The notes under the pieces: model-generated | Seen by the model: the letters and a program-made list of their open reading frames with translations, nothing else | Databases searched by the model: none | Told to the model about the DNA's origin: nothing | IMG/VR virus record: IMGVR_UViG_3300020471_000004 | Location: 124,001-188,000 of that record | DNA: 64,000 nucleotides | Strand: one strand, 5' to 3' | Program-made: the position numbers and the translations under genes | Shown: positions 45,596 to 55,532 of the stretch, piece by piece | Numbering within the stretch: position 1 is the first letter of the stretch | Layout: each line of letters starts with the position of its first letter

Positions 45596-47799
45596 GAAAG
45601 GTACGAACTAAAAAGCCTGCTTCGTCTGGCGAAACCAAGCCGAGACGAAAAATCAAAAGACGTACAAAGAAAACCCTTGCAGAATCTCCTCAGGCTGCCG
45701 ATTTCCTAAAAGAACTTATGGATCTTGGCGCTGATTCAGGAGGTCCTGCTGAAAACTTAGATTTTTTAGAAGACAATTCCGACTACAATCCCTTAAACGA
45801 TTCTGACGGCGTTGACATTGTAGGTATGGTTGATGAAGCTATAGGTCAAGAAGGGTTAGTAGCTCCTGACTTAAAGATAGATGACTCTAGCTGCCCAGAG
45901 GCACCTAATGTTGTTGACTGGCTTCTTAAAGATGAATTTCTAGGTTGCGAACCTCCCTATTTAGAGCAAGCACTTATATGTGTTAAGCTATTTGCCGAAT
46001 ACTGTCCTCACTGCTCTGATACCGAGTGGATGGAGACTGAGAACCATGAACCTCAAGAAGGTCTCGGTGCATTACTAGAAAAAGTGACCATGTTTAATTT
46101 TGGTGTGTGTCCTAGTTGCGGTACACACCGCAGTGATGCAATTGCAGAAGGAGATCTAAATTTCTATAACGAGCTTGCGTGTCTTGCAGGTCAACGTAGT
46201 GGTAAATCAATTGTTACCGCTATGGCTTCTACTTATATTACTCACCGAATCCTCAAAATGCAAAAGCCTACCGAAGTATTCCGCGTAGGTAAAGGTCAGA
46301 TTCTTCATGGTACATTTGTTGCACTTACTCAAGGACAAGCTAAGGACACTTTGTGGGAACCTTTCTACGGCTATCTTCTTGAAAGCCCTTGGTTTAAGAA
46401 ATATCATGCACTTCTTCGCCATTATGAAAAGAAATACCATCAGGAATTTTTCAAACTCAAAGATACATTTGTGCTTTATAGGCATCGTGCTCTTACTGTG
46501 TATCCTGCAGGTCCTGATAAACGTATACTCCGTGGTAGGACTCGTATTTTTGGCGCAATAGATGAAATCGGTTGGTTCGATAACAACAAGGGAACCAACA
46601 AGGTAAAGATAGATGCTAACGGTGTTTATGAAGCAATGGTACGTTCATTGGCTACAGTTCGTTCAAGCGAAGAGCGACTAGTAGCAATGAAGTACGACCA
46701 AGCAATTACTGCCTATATGCTTAACATAAGTTCACCTAGCTCTATTCGCGATAAGATTTGCGAATTGGTTAGGCAGGCTCAAAACAGTGTCAAGACCTTA
46801 GGTGTCCATGCCCCTACTTGGAAGATGAACCCTAATATCACAAGACAAAGCGGCTTCCTGTTAGAAGAATACCGAAAAGATCCTATTACTGCACAGCGAG
46901 ATTACGGTGCAGAACCTCCTCTAAGTGCTAACGCTTTTATCAATAACAAAGATATGATACAAGAAGCACTTAATCCCAAGACTCGAAACCCTATCAAGTA
47001 CAGACTTGAAGAAATCAAGATTGGTAAAGAGAAGTACCGTTATGCGAGTGTTGATAAAATCCGAACATGCGCTCGCGCAAGTATGCTTGCTCTCGATGCA
47101 GGTTTTACTAATAACAGTTTCAGCCTGGTTGTAGGTACACTAGTAGATGGCGTTCCTACTATCGATATATGTGTAGAAGTAATTCCTTTACCTGGTATAC
47201 CTCTTCACTATTCAATGATTTACGAAGAACTGATAAAGCCTATTATTGAGGCTCGTAACGTAAAGATTGTACTTGCGGATAGGTGGAACTCTATCAAACT
47301 ACTACAAGACATGGCTTTCGATTACCAGCACGTTGAGCTTGTGACTCGTCAGTACAGTTTGAAATATCACGATTTTTGGTCTGTTAAGGTTGCCTTTGAA
47401 CAGTACACCTTTGTTATTCCTAATCTAGATAAAGGTCAAGACCTAGATGAAGTTCTAAAAGATACTCTTGAAGAATATCCTAGATGCTTCGAGTACAAAC
47501 CTGTTGCTCACTTTGCTTTGCAGATACTTACTGTACAGGATACAGGTCGTACAGTTACTAAAGGTGAAGGTGATTTGACCGATGATTTGTGGCGTGCCGC
47601 ATGTTTGTTCTATTGGGGATCACAAGAAGACGAGTATATAGAGATACTTACCAAGCCTGTAGAAACTCAGCAGAAAACAATAGGCGCATTAGGTAAAGCA
47701 CTTTTGGGATCATCAAGTTCAAGTACAGGTGTAACAGGCACAAGTATTTCAAGTTCAAGCACCGGCGGTGTGATAGGTCTTACAATGAGGAGAAAGTAA
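45592..47799 (+). CDS. terL: Terminase large subunit
   Basis: Walker A AGQRSGKS, Walker B GAIDEIGW, coupling motif ISSP, RNase H-like ALDAG and DDLWRA; CPHC/CPSC Zn motifs. Confidence 0.9.
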   Translation: MRKVRTKKPASSGETKPRRKIKRRTKKTLAESPQAADFLKELMDLGADSGGPAENLDFLEDNSDYNPLNDSDGVDIVGMVDEAIGQEGLVAPDLKIDDSSCPEAPNVVDWLLKDEFLGCEPPYLEQALICVKLFAEYCPHCSDTEWMETENHEPQEGLGALLEKVTMFNFGVCPSCGTHRSDAIAEGDLNFYNELACLAGQRSGKSIVTAMASTYITHRILKMQKPTEVFRVGKGQILHGTFVALTQGQAKDTLWEPFYGYLLESPWFKKYHALLRHYEKKYHQEFFKLKDTFVLYRHRALTVYPAGPDKRILRGRTRIFGAIDEIGWFDNNKGTNKVKIDANGVYEAMVRSLATVRSSEERLVAMKYDQAITAYMLNISSPSSIRDKICELVRQAQNSVKTLGVHAPTWKMNPNITRQSGFLLEEYRKDPITAQRDYGAEPPLSANAFINNKDMIQEALNPKTRNPIKYRLEEIKIGKEKYRYASVDKIRTCARASMLALDAGFTNNSFSLVVGTLVDGVPTIDICVEVIPLPGIPLHYSMIYEELIKPIIEARNVKIVLADRWNSIKLLQDMAFDYQHVELVTRQYSLKYHDFWSVKVAFEQYTFVIPNLDKGQDLDEVLKDTLEEYPRCFEYKPVAHFALQILTVQDTGRTVTKGEGDLTDDLWRAACLFYWGSQEDEYIEILTKPVETQQKTIGALGKALLGSSSSSTGVTGTSISSSSTGGVIGLTMRRK

Positions 47800-48428
47800 T
47801 GCAAGTATCAAAACACCCTTCTGTAGAAATTGTACCTCAAGAATTGTTTAACAATACTTTAATCAGGTATATGGATTTTGATATTGACGATGTTGAAACA
47901 CTTATTGTATTAGCAGAGTCTAATTGGAAATGGGTAGACTCTAAAGGTTGGCACTCCGACAAAAGACCTTTGGAGTATATCTCTCTTATAGCAAGTGAGG
48001 TATACGAAGTATGGACTGCGGTACACAATTATGAAGACAGCGCTCACGAACTAGAGCTGGCAGATATATTTCTAAGAGTTACTGACTTTATTAAAGAGCT
48101 ATCTAGTCTTACACAAGGTCAACTTACTCTCAAAGATGCTTTGTTCACAGGTAATGTTTTAGATAACCGCTTTAAGCTTCAACTTAACCAAGGCGTTACT
48201 CTTGACGGACTATTGTTGTGTATGTATCACAAGCTAGCAAGTACTGTAAACTACTTTAGAGACCATAAAATTTCTCCTGACCATTACTTGGATATAGAAA
48301 GTGCTTTTAACCAAGTTCTGTATCTAACTTTTGTAGCTATGAAACATCTACAGGTCTCCGATGTAATTGAGCCTATAAAGACTAAACTGGACATTAACAG
48401 TACCAGAAAAGTCACCAGGCTCAAATGA
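47799..48428 (+). CDS. MazG-like nucleoside triphosphate pyrophosphohydrolase
   Basis: ISLIASEVYEVW...ELELADIFLRVTD all-alpha NTP-PPase signature. Confidence 0.7.
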   Translation: MQVSKHPSVEIVPQELFNNTLIRYMDFDIDDVETLIVLAESNWKWVDSKGWHSDKRPLEYISLIASEVYEVWTAVHNYEDSAHELELADIFLRVTDFIKELSSLTQGQLTLKDALFTGNVLDNRFKLQLNQGVTLDGLLLCMYHKLASTVNYFRDHKISPDHYLDIESAFNQVLYLTFVAMKHLQVSDVIEPIKTKLDINSTRKVTRLK

Positions 48429-48457
48429 TAATTTAATGAAAAACAAGGAGAACAACT

Positions 48458-48679
48458 ATGTCTAAAGCTTTTTTCAACCCGTTAGACCACGTAGAAGCTA
48501 GTACGGTATCAGCTCCCCAGCAAGGTATAGAGTCTAACTCTAAAGCTATGGTCAATGATGATCCTAGTAAATGTCCCAAATGCAGCGGCGCCATGAGTGT
48601 AAGTTCTATTTTAGATAGACAGGAATCTGTTTACTACTGTGGTAAATGCCGTGTAACTAACCCTATGTTGGCTGAATAA
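48458..48679 (+). CDS. Small Zn-ribbon protein
   Basis: CPKC...CGKC; AAGGAG RBS. Confidence 0.7.
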   Translation: MSKAFFNPLDHVEASTVSAPQQGIESNSKAMVNDDPSKCPKCSGAMSVSSILDRQESVYYCGKCRVTNPMLAE

Positions 48680-50550
48680 TGATAAGCATTAAAAACCGTT
48701 ACAAGTCTACCGAGACTAGACGGCAACTTGTTACCCACGGAAAGCGCAATCATAGACTTAATGAAAGCGAAACTTTTCGAGAGCGTGACATTGACCGTCT
48801 ACAGTCTTTGAGCAAGAGTCAAGGTCTGGCGTCTTTATCTGATGCTACACCTAACGTTGCATCGATGCCTTTGGGTATAGATACAGATCCTTTAATGGAC
48901 GGAATGGACTACGATCTTCAAGACAAAGTCCTGTTTAACGTGTATCGAGACATGTACTGGCACGACCCTGTGTGCGGTTCTGCTGTAGACATGTTTAGTA
49001 GTCTGCCGTTCAGCGAGTTCAGCATAGGCGGAGCTAGCGACAAGTACCTAGACCCGTACCGTGAAGCAATCGAAGTGCTTAACTTGCGTAATATATTTCC
49101 TGAAATTGCCACTGACTATAAGGTTACAGGCGGCTTTTGTGGATCTCTTTTGCACAACAGAGAAAACAAAAGATTCATTGACCTTATGTGTCACAGAATG
49201 GATAGTCTTGAAATAAATCCGCTATTCGCCTACGGACAAGACCCTATTCTTATCTTAGAAATGGACAGACAGCTTAAAAGAACTTTAAGCATGGACAGTC
49301 CTCGAATAGAGCGATTAAAGAAAAGCGTAGGTGAAGATTTCTTTAACAAGCTTCTTACTGAAAAGCTTGAACTGGATCCTATCGGTACTTTGTACGTTCC
49401 TCGAAAGACCTTTTCAAACTCGTTGCCTACCAGTTACTTTAAACGGGTGCTGCCTATATGGCTTATAGAAAAGAACTTGTACCGAGGTACTCTTGTAGAG
49501 TCAGGACGTAGACAGCGCGGTATCATGCACCTTCAATTAGGTGACGGTGATATGTGGGAACCTAGTGAAGATGACTTTAACCAGATAGCTGCTATGTTTA
49601 ACAACGCCGATGCAGACCCAATCGGTGCTATAGTTGCAACTCGTTTAGGTGTAGCTGTAGACGAACTCAGACAAGGCGGTGACTTCTGGAAAGTTACAGA
49701 CCTTTGGAACGAAACCACATACGTTAAGATGCGAGCGCTAGGTATATCGGAAGCTTTTCTTTCTGGTGACGCCAGCTATGCAAATATGGAAGGCTCTTTA
49801 ACAGTATTCGTAGAGTCTATGCGTACTTTCAGAGACAGTCTTACTCGCCGTATATTTTATTCGAAAGTATTTCCACTAGTATCTATGATGCAAGGTAATA
49901 CAATCAATAAGCGCGGTAAGATAATTCAAAAGTCTAATCTTATGGACCAAGACTCCGAAGATATTTTGCGTACCATGAATGACGGAAGTAAGTTGTTTAT
50001 TCCTACGGTGCACTGGGCTAAACAGTTGAAACCAGAGGCAGACCAGACTTATATGGAAATGCTTCGCCAGCTTCAAGAGCTAGGTGTACCTGTTCCATTA
50101 AGAGCCCTTGCTGCTGCAGGTGGTTTTAACCTCGACTCGTTGATCAACAACCGCGAAGAAGACCTTGCTTTGCAGAAACAGATCAATGACTACAATACAG
50201 AGTTAGATAAGCTTAAACCTGCAGGTGCAGAAGGTGAAGAAGACGGAGGTTTCGGAGCATTTGCAAGCGCTGACCGACCGAATGGATTCAAGAGCCGAGT
50301 GTTTGACGGTTACAAGCGTAGACCTACTTTAGGCGAACGTGACTTCGGAGAGTCTAGTGAGATATACACTGTGTCTAAATCAGGACGCAAAAAGCAACAC
50401 GTATTCCGACAGGCACATGCTAATGAGGTTGCTAACAACAACATTCATAAAGCTATGCGCAGCTTAGACCCTAAGAAACCTACAACTGTTCACTTATTTT
50501 CTAGCACAAGTACTAGTAAGAAATCCAAGAAGAATGGAAAAACTATTTGA
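48679..50550 (+). CDS. Probable portal protein
   Basis: 623 aa close to terL; YRDMYWHDPVCGSAVD and ALGISEAFL segments resemble portal folds. Confidence 0.65.
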   Translation: MISIKNRYKSTETRRQLVTHGKRNHRLNESETFRERDIDRLQSLSKSQGLASLSDATPNVASMPLGIDTDPLMDGMDYDLQDKVLFNVYRDMYWHDPVCGSAVDMFSSLPFSEFSIGGASDKYLDPYREAIEVLNLRNIFPEIATDYKVTGGFCGSLLHNRENKRFIDLMCHRMDSLEINPLFAYGQDPILILEMDRQLKRTLSMDSPRIERLKKSVGEDFFNKLLTEKLELDPIGTLYVPRKTFSNSLPTSYFKRVLPIWLIEKNLYRGTLVESGRRQRGIMHLQLGDGDMWEPSEDDFNQIAAMFNNADADPIGAIVATRLGVAVDELRQGGDFWKVTDLWNETTYVKMRALGISEAFLSGDASYANMEGSLTVFVESMRTFRDSLTRRIFYSKVFPLVSMMQGNTINKRGKIIQKSNLMDQDSEDILRTMNDGSKLFIPTVHWAKQLKPEADQTYMEMLRQLQELGVPVPLRALAAAGGFNLDSLINNREEDLALQKQINDYNTELDKLKPAGAEGEEDGGFGAFASADRPNGFKSRVFDGYKRRPTLGERDFGESSEIYTVSKSGRKKQHVFRQAHANEVANNNIHKAMRSLDPKKPTTVHLFSSTSTSKKSKKNGKTI

Positions 50551-51475
50551 CGGTATGAAAAGTAGGACAATACTAAAAGAGGTGTTGTCTTACTTAATTA
50601 AACGCCAGCGTAAACGAATCAAAGATTGGTTTGTTACGTTCAAATCTAATTGGTTCCAAAAGCCTGCAGGAAGTTTAATAATAGCTTACCACAGTATAGT
50701 AGATAAACTCTATACCAAAATGTATGAACGAGGTTGGCTAAAGCGTCCTCGTGAAAGTCTTGAAGACGAGTTTGATAAGAAGTCGAAAGTCTGTTTTGAA
50801 AAAGAGTTTATGTCTAAAATGAAGGCTATATTTGAAGACAGGCACCAAGGTAATGCTAACTTGTTTGCAATACAAGACGGTCAGCCTATATTCAGTGCAG
50901 TAGGTGCCTACATATACCGAGACCTAATTAATAGGCTAGAGTTTGACATACACCAGTACCCTCACTCTAGAAGTTTTGTAGGCGGTTCAAGTGTAGGTAG
51001 TGCATGGGCAGCAGGTCTTAAATCTAAGTTCAACAGCGAATTCTCTAAGCTATTTTTGAGTTACATGGACATAGACGTTGACTGGACAGTCAGCCCTTCT
51101 TCAAATGCGTATTACTCTCGCGGTCTTATAAATATGAGCGAATGGTTCATAGCCTATTTTCATGCAGGTCAAGAAACCAAGTTCTTTATAAAACGCTTTC
51201 TGACCAGCTACATGCGTCTTGTTTATCTAGAGCAACGCAAACTTGATGTTAAAACAGAGTACGTAAATAACCTAAAGAAGAAGTGGGAGCAAGACCTTGT
51301 ACATGAGTTCACTATAGGCGTTACTTTAATTGGTATCTCTCAATACGCACTTGTGTACAAAAGTTTACCTGCACACATAAACAAAAGAGTACCAAGCTAT
51401 AGAGCGCGTAATACCTACGAAACCCAAGGTACTTACCGTAAACCTACTCAGCTTTTTGCAGAAAGGAAACATTAA
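50534..51475 (+). CDS. Hypothetical protein
   Basis: 313-aa ORF. Confidence 0.75.
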   Translation: MEKLFDGMKSRTILKEVLSYLIKRQRKRIKDWFVTFKSNWFQKPAGSLIIAYHSIVDKLYTKMYERGWLKRPRESLEDEFDKKSKVCFEKEFMSKMKAIFEDRHQGNANLFAIQDGQPIFSAVGAYIYRDLINRLEFDIHQYPHSRSFVGGSSVGSAWAAGLKSKFNSEFSKLFLSYMDIDVDWTVSPSSNAYYSRGLINMSEWFIAYFHAGQETKFFIKRFLTSYMRLVYLEQRKLDVKTEYVNNLKKKWEQDLVHEFTIGVTLIGISQYALVYKSLPAHINKRVPSYRARNTYETQGTYRKPTQLFAERKH

Positions 51476-51855
51476 TGGAAAACCCTGATGATTTTATTTC
51501 GTGGTCTGAATCTCAAAAGAGCTTGAATCAAAAAGACGTTGCCCAGTTTGTTATAGGCAATAACCTTGCACCTCAGTATGGTATAATCGTCAATGTAGAG
51601 TACAAACATGGTAAAGTCGCTTACCAATATGCTGTGTTCTTGGATTCTAACACAGGCGGAAAGTTTGTGGGCACTGATCCGAGTACCTTGACCCGAATAC
51701 ACTCTGTTTCCCAAATACCTATCGGGATTCTTAAAGGGCTTGTGCGCTTCGATAGCAGATTCCGAGAGTGGTTAAACGGAGAAGTTTTGTGGAAAGGCTT
51801 GTGCTTTGACAGCAAAGAAGAATTCTGTAAAGAACGAGATAAGGATAATTCGTAA
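51475..51855 (+). CDS. Hypothetical protein
   Basis: 126 aa; TAATG coupling. Confidence 0.7.
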   Translation: MENPDDFISWSESQKSLNQKDVAQFVIGNNLAPQYGIIVNVEYKHGKVAYQYAVFLDSNTGGKFVGTDPSTLTRIHSVSQIPIGILKGLVRFDSRFREWLNGEVLWKGLCFDSKEEFCKERDKDNS

Positions 51856-52151
51856 TGGATTTAGAGAAACGTAAACAGTTAAGTGACTGGTACGCTAAAG
51901 CATTCGACTTAGACTCTGAAATAGATTGGACTCAAGACACGTATCGAATTAACTTAGACGGTTTTGATCGCCAATCTAAAGTAAAACTAATGCAAGGTAT
52001 TGTTAGCAGTGTAGGCGATGCTGTTTACGCTCAACAAAAAATTGCACCAAACGACCCGGAGGTAAGCTATTTGTTTTACTTCCATACACTAACTGTACCA
52101 AATACCGTGATACTAGAGAACCTATACGCGGTACATTCTGAGGATTTATAA
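51855..52151 (+). CDS. Hypothetical protein
   Basis: 98 aa; TAATG coupling. Confidence 0.7.
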   Translation: MDLEKRKQLSDWYAKAFDLDSEIDWTQDTYRINLDGFDRQSKVKLMQGIVSSVGDAVYAQQKIAPNDPEVSYLFYFHTLTVPNTVILENLYAVHSEDL

Positions 52152-52612
52152 TGGATACTGAATTATTCCAATCAATCGTTTTGGATGAAGAAGACAACAA
52201 CATAATGGTTGTTACTAATAGCTCTCTTGTTGACTTTACTTTCAGTTTGTTTGACCGTTTCGTTTCAGAAGTTCTTGATAACCAAGAAACGATTGAAGAC
52301 GATGACTCGGGCGAAGAGCTAGTTGCATCTGTTATCAGTTATGCCGAAGCTATTATCGATGATGCCTTGGTAGAAGAGCTTACGCCTACTGTTACGCAAG
52401 TTATTCAAGTGGGCAGCACTTTAATCATTGTTGTGGAACTTGATCAAGAAATTATCGAGTACCTTGACGAAGGCTATGCAGATACCGACAGTGTAGCTGC
52501 TGTTATTTTCGGCGATAGTGATTCGGAAGAAGATGAATCTGATGAAGATGACGATGAATCTGACGAAGATGACGATGAAGATGAAGATGAAGACGAATGG
52601 GACGTAGACTAA
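52151..52612 (+). CDS. Very acidic protein
   Basis: 153 aa; poly-D/E tail; no Lys and a single Arg. Confidence 0.75.
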   Translation: MDTELFQSIVLDEEDNNIMVVTNSSLVDFTFSLFDRFVSEVLDNQETIEDDDSGEELVASVISYAEAIIDDALVEELTPTVTQVIQVGSTLIIVVELDQEIIEYLDEGYADTDSVAAVIFGDSDSEEDESDEDDDESDEDDDEDEDEDEWDVD

Positions 52613-52911
52613 GGTTATACCTAAGCCAAACTCTAAGCGTTCATACTCTTGTCAAACAGACAGACCCTATCGTAATACTGGTTAGAGGTTCTCAACAAGA
52701 AGCCTCTGCCTACAAAGACAAGTTGCTTGCTGATTTTGAACTGTTTTATCCAGGCAAAGAGCTAGCACCTGCTTTAGTGTTTGTTTATACGCGCAAGACC
52801 TTTAGTGATAACCACAAAGATCTGTATGAATGGGTAGAAAGCAAAATAGAATCTGGTGATATAAACCTTAACGATACCGAAAACAATATCTTCGAGTACG
52901 TTGATTTATGA
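52597..52911 (+). CDS. Hypothetical protein
   Basis: 104-aa ORF. Confidence 0.65.
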   Translation: MGRRLRLYLSQTLSVHTLVKQTDPIVILVRGSQQEASAYKDKLLADFELFYPGKELAPALVFVYTRKTFSDNHKDLYEWVESKIESGDINLNDTENNIFEYVDL

Positions 52912-53480
52912 GTTTATCTGTTACCCCAGCAGTGGCCCGTTGCGGCTGCTGCTTCTTTCGCCCTCAAAAATGTTTAAGACACAATGAACCTTGTGTAATG
53001 TTCGGTAGCGATAGCCGAACGAAACATTCCAAACAAATGCCCTCCTTTAAGTGTTATCACTCTAGCACTTACGCATATCTAAACCATATACGTTCTTCTA
53101 AGTATATGGTTATAGAAAAATTCTCTGAAAAGTACCTACCTTTACTGTCTAATACTTGTAGCATTCTTATTGTTATAGGACACGTACAACCTAAAGACCG
53201 CTCTGTAATCCACTCAGACCAGATAGGCAATACACCTGTATGCACCTATGCGTTTGGTTCAGTGCGCGAACGTTCTGATATGTTCTTCACTGACACTTCA
53301 AGTTGGGATTCATTTATGGAACACGTAGGTAACAGACAGTTTAGTTGGATCAACTGTACCATGGGAAGCTTTTATAGGTATGCCCAAAATAAAGTACACA
53401 CTCGTTTCTTAAACTGCTTTCGCTATATGACAGACGAACGGTTTAGAAATACAGTTCAAGGCAATTACCTTGTAGAGTAA
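52908..53480 (+). CDS. Hypothetical protein with Cys/His-rich N-terminus
   Basis: CGCC...CLRH..C...CYH. Confidence 0.65.
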   Translation: MSLSVTPAVARCGCCFFRPQKCLRHNEPCVMFGSDSRTKHSKQMPSFKCYHSSTYAYLNHIRSSKYMVIEKFSEKYLPLLSNTCSILIVIGHVQPKDRSVIHSDQIGNTPVCTYAFGSVRERSDMFFTDTSSWDSFMEHVGNRQFSWINCTMGSFYRYAQNKVHTRFLNCFRYMTDERFRNTVQGNYLVE

Positions 53481-53490
53481 AACTGTAAAC
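53479..53490 (+). promoter_or_regulatory. Class-II motif AAAACTGTAAAC
   Basis: Exact 12-mer overlapping the upstream stop, 34 nt before the exonuclease ATG. Confidence 0.55.
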
Positions 53491-53524
53491 ATACTATATA
53501 AGCAATAACAGAAGAATGCGTTAA

Positions 53525-54577
53525 ATGATATTCAAGAAAGCTAAAAAACCAGTAGTTCATTTAGTGGACGCAAACAACTGGATTAACAGAGCGTACCATG
53601 CAACGCCAGAAATGCACACATCAGACGGGACACCTACTAATGCGCTTAAAGGTTTCTTTAATATGGTCAATAGTCTGTATAAAAAGATTACTGCCGCAGG
53701 ACAAGAGCCTTATATTGTTATTTGCTTTGATATTGCTCGAAGAAAGACTTTTAGAGCCCAAATATTTAATGAATGGAAAAAGCGCGATCCTGAATTGGTA
53801 GACGTACTGTTCCCTGATAAGCAAAAACAGTCTTATAAAGGCAACAGAAAGCAAGACAAAAACAAAAGCGAAGACCTTGGCATTCAGATAGAGCTTGCTA
53901 AAGAAATAATAGACTTAGCAGGCTTTTGTTGGTTCGATGGTAACAAGATAAATCAGCCGGTAGAGGCAGATGACATTATTGGTACTCTTGCTTTTACGCT
54001 AGACCCGAAAAAGTGTTTGTGTTTGATCCAAAGTCGTGATAAAGATTTTAAACAGTTGCTTACTCGCCGCAGAGTTAGGTTGTTTATGCCTGAACAAGCC
54101 AACAGTCCTAGTGATTTATATACTATGGACAACATGTTTGCAAAAGACGGGCTTTATCCGCACCAACAGATTGAATTCTTGATGATGGACGGGGATAAGG
54201 TAGACAATATTGCAGGAGTACCAGGGTGTGGACCTGCTACTGCAATAAAGCTTTTAGATCAATGGGGTTCTATTAAAAACATCATTGAAAAGGCTCCTAG
54301 AATTAAAGGTAGAGAAGCCCGTGCTGCTCGTACATTAGCTGGTTTAGAAGTAGACGTAACTGAATCTATTTGGCATGAAGGCAAGGAGAAGAAAACCAAA
54401 GTTAAACGGGTACTACCTTGTCCTGATTTAACTGTAAATAGAGAACTAGCTACGATACGCACTGACGTACCTGGCTTGCCTACAAAACTAAAACAAATTC
54501 GTATGCGAGAGCCTAACAATAAAGAGCTTCGCAAAATGCGAGATACTTTAGAATTTTCAAATCTATTATGGGTGTAA
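53525..54577 (+). CDS. 5'-3' exonuclease / flap endonuclease (PolA N-terminal, T5 Exo/T4 RNase H family)
   Basis: VDANNWINRAYHA, CFD, YKGNR, VEADDIIGT, SRDKD, GDKVDNIAGVPGCGPATA (H3TH). Confidence 0.92.
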   Translation: MIFKKAKKPVVHLVDANNWINRAYHATPEMHTSDGTPTNALKGFFNMVNSLYKKITAAGQEPYIVICFDIARRKTFRAQIFNEWKKRDPELVDVLFPDKQKQSYKGNRKQDKNKSEDLGIQIELAKEIIDLAGFCWFDGNKINQPVEADDIIGTLAFTLDPKKCLCLIQSRDKDFKQLLTRRRVRLFMPEQANSPSDLYTMDNMFAKDGLYPHQQIEFLMMDGDKVDNIAGVPGCGPATAIKLLDQWGSIKNIIEKAPRIKGREARAARTLAGLEVDVTESIWHEGKEKKTKVKRVLPCPDLTVNRELATIRTDVPGLPTKLKQIRMREPNNKELRKMRDTLEFSNLLWV

Positions 54578-54578
54578 C

Positions 54579-55211
54579 ATGGCATTTTTATTTGATGCAA
54601 GCAATTTAAGACAAAACAATTACCTTCACGAACCTGTTGTTTTTGAGAACATTATAAGTCCTGAAATGTGCGATGCTTTGGTTGCTGCCAAGACTTCTTT
54701 TGAAAAAGAAAATGGTGGAATTCAAGTGGCAGAAGAAGGGCGCAGAGAAGAGTACTTCGAAGATCCTAAAATACGAGTAGTGGACACCTACTCGTTTGAT
54801 TGGGAAGATGAAGGCTTACCTGATATAGTTTTTGACCTATATACTGAATTAGAAGCTATCGTAACTAGCGCAAATGAAGATTACGATTTCGATTTAGTAG
54901 GTATTTGCGAGACTGTAAACTTTCTTCATTACCATACAAACACAGGTATGCGACAAACAGGTCACTATGTAGGTCATACTGATTTCGGCCCTGAGTTTCT
55001 CTCTACTCGTAAGCTTACGACAATTATTCAGCTTACAGACGGTAATGAATATGAAGGGTGTACACTGAACTTACCTGACTGGGGCGATGCTCCGAGAGAG
55101 AAAGGTTCAGCAATAGTTTTTCCTAGTTATATGTACCATAAAGTGTCCCGTATAACTAAAGGTGAACGTCATTGTTTAAATCTATGGTCACACGGACCTG
55201 CTTTCAGGTAA
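54579..55211 (+). CDS. 2OG-Fe(II) oxygenase (prolyl-hydroxylase-like)
   Basis: GHYVGHTD (HxD), RKLTTIIQL, YEG, VFPSYMYHKV...GER. Confidence 0.88.
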   Translation: MAFLFDASNLRQNNYLHEPVVFENIISPEMCDALVAAKTSFEKENGGIQVAEEGRREEYFEDPKIRVVDTYSFDWEDEGLPDIVFDLYTELEAIVTSANEDYDFDLVGICETVNFLHYHTNTGMRQTGHYVGHTDFGPEFLSTRKLTTIIQLTDGNEYEGCTLNLPDWGDAPREKGSAIVFPSYMYHKVSRITKGERHCLNLWSHGPAFR

Positions 55212-55217
55212 AAGATT

Positions 55218-55484
55218 ATGACAATAAGCAAAAAAGAGCAAATAACAGGACTAGCAGTATTGGTTCTTTTCATCCTAGGGTGCCTAACAACTTCGGTAAC
55301 TTGGTTATTCTCTGATTCGTTAGGGTACATGATACTAGGGCCAGTACTAGCAAGTTTAGGAGGGATTCTTTCAGCACAATCAAATAGCAGTACAATAAAA
55401 CGCGTCCAAGATTCTTTTGTCTGGTTATGCATACTAGGCATTGCAGTAGGTATGGCGTATGGACTATTTTTATTAAAACAATAG
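55218..55484 (+). CDS. Three-TM membrane protein
   Basis: 88 aa; three hydrophobic segments. Confidence 0.7.
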   Translation: MTISKKEQITGLAVLVLFILGCLTTSVTWLFSDSLGYMILGPVLASLGGILSAQSNSSTIKRVQDSFVWLCILGIAVGMAYGLFLLKQ

Positions 55485-55532
55485 ACTGACCTGTGTAGCA
55501 GTCGAAAACAAAAAGAAACAAAGGAGAATAAA

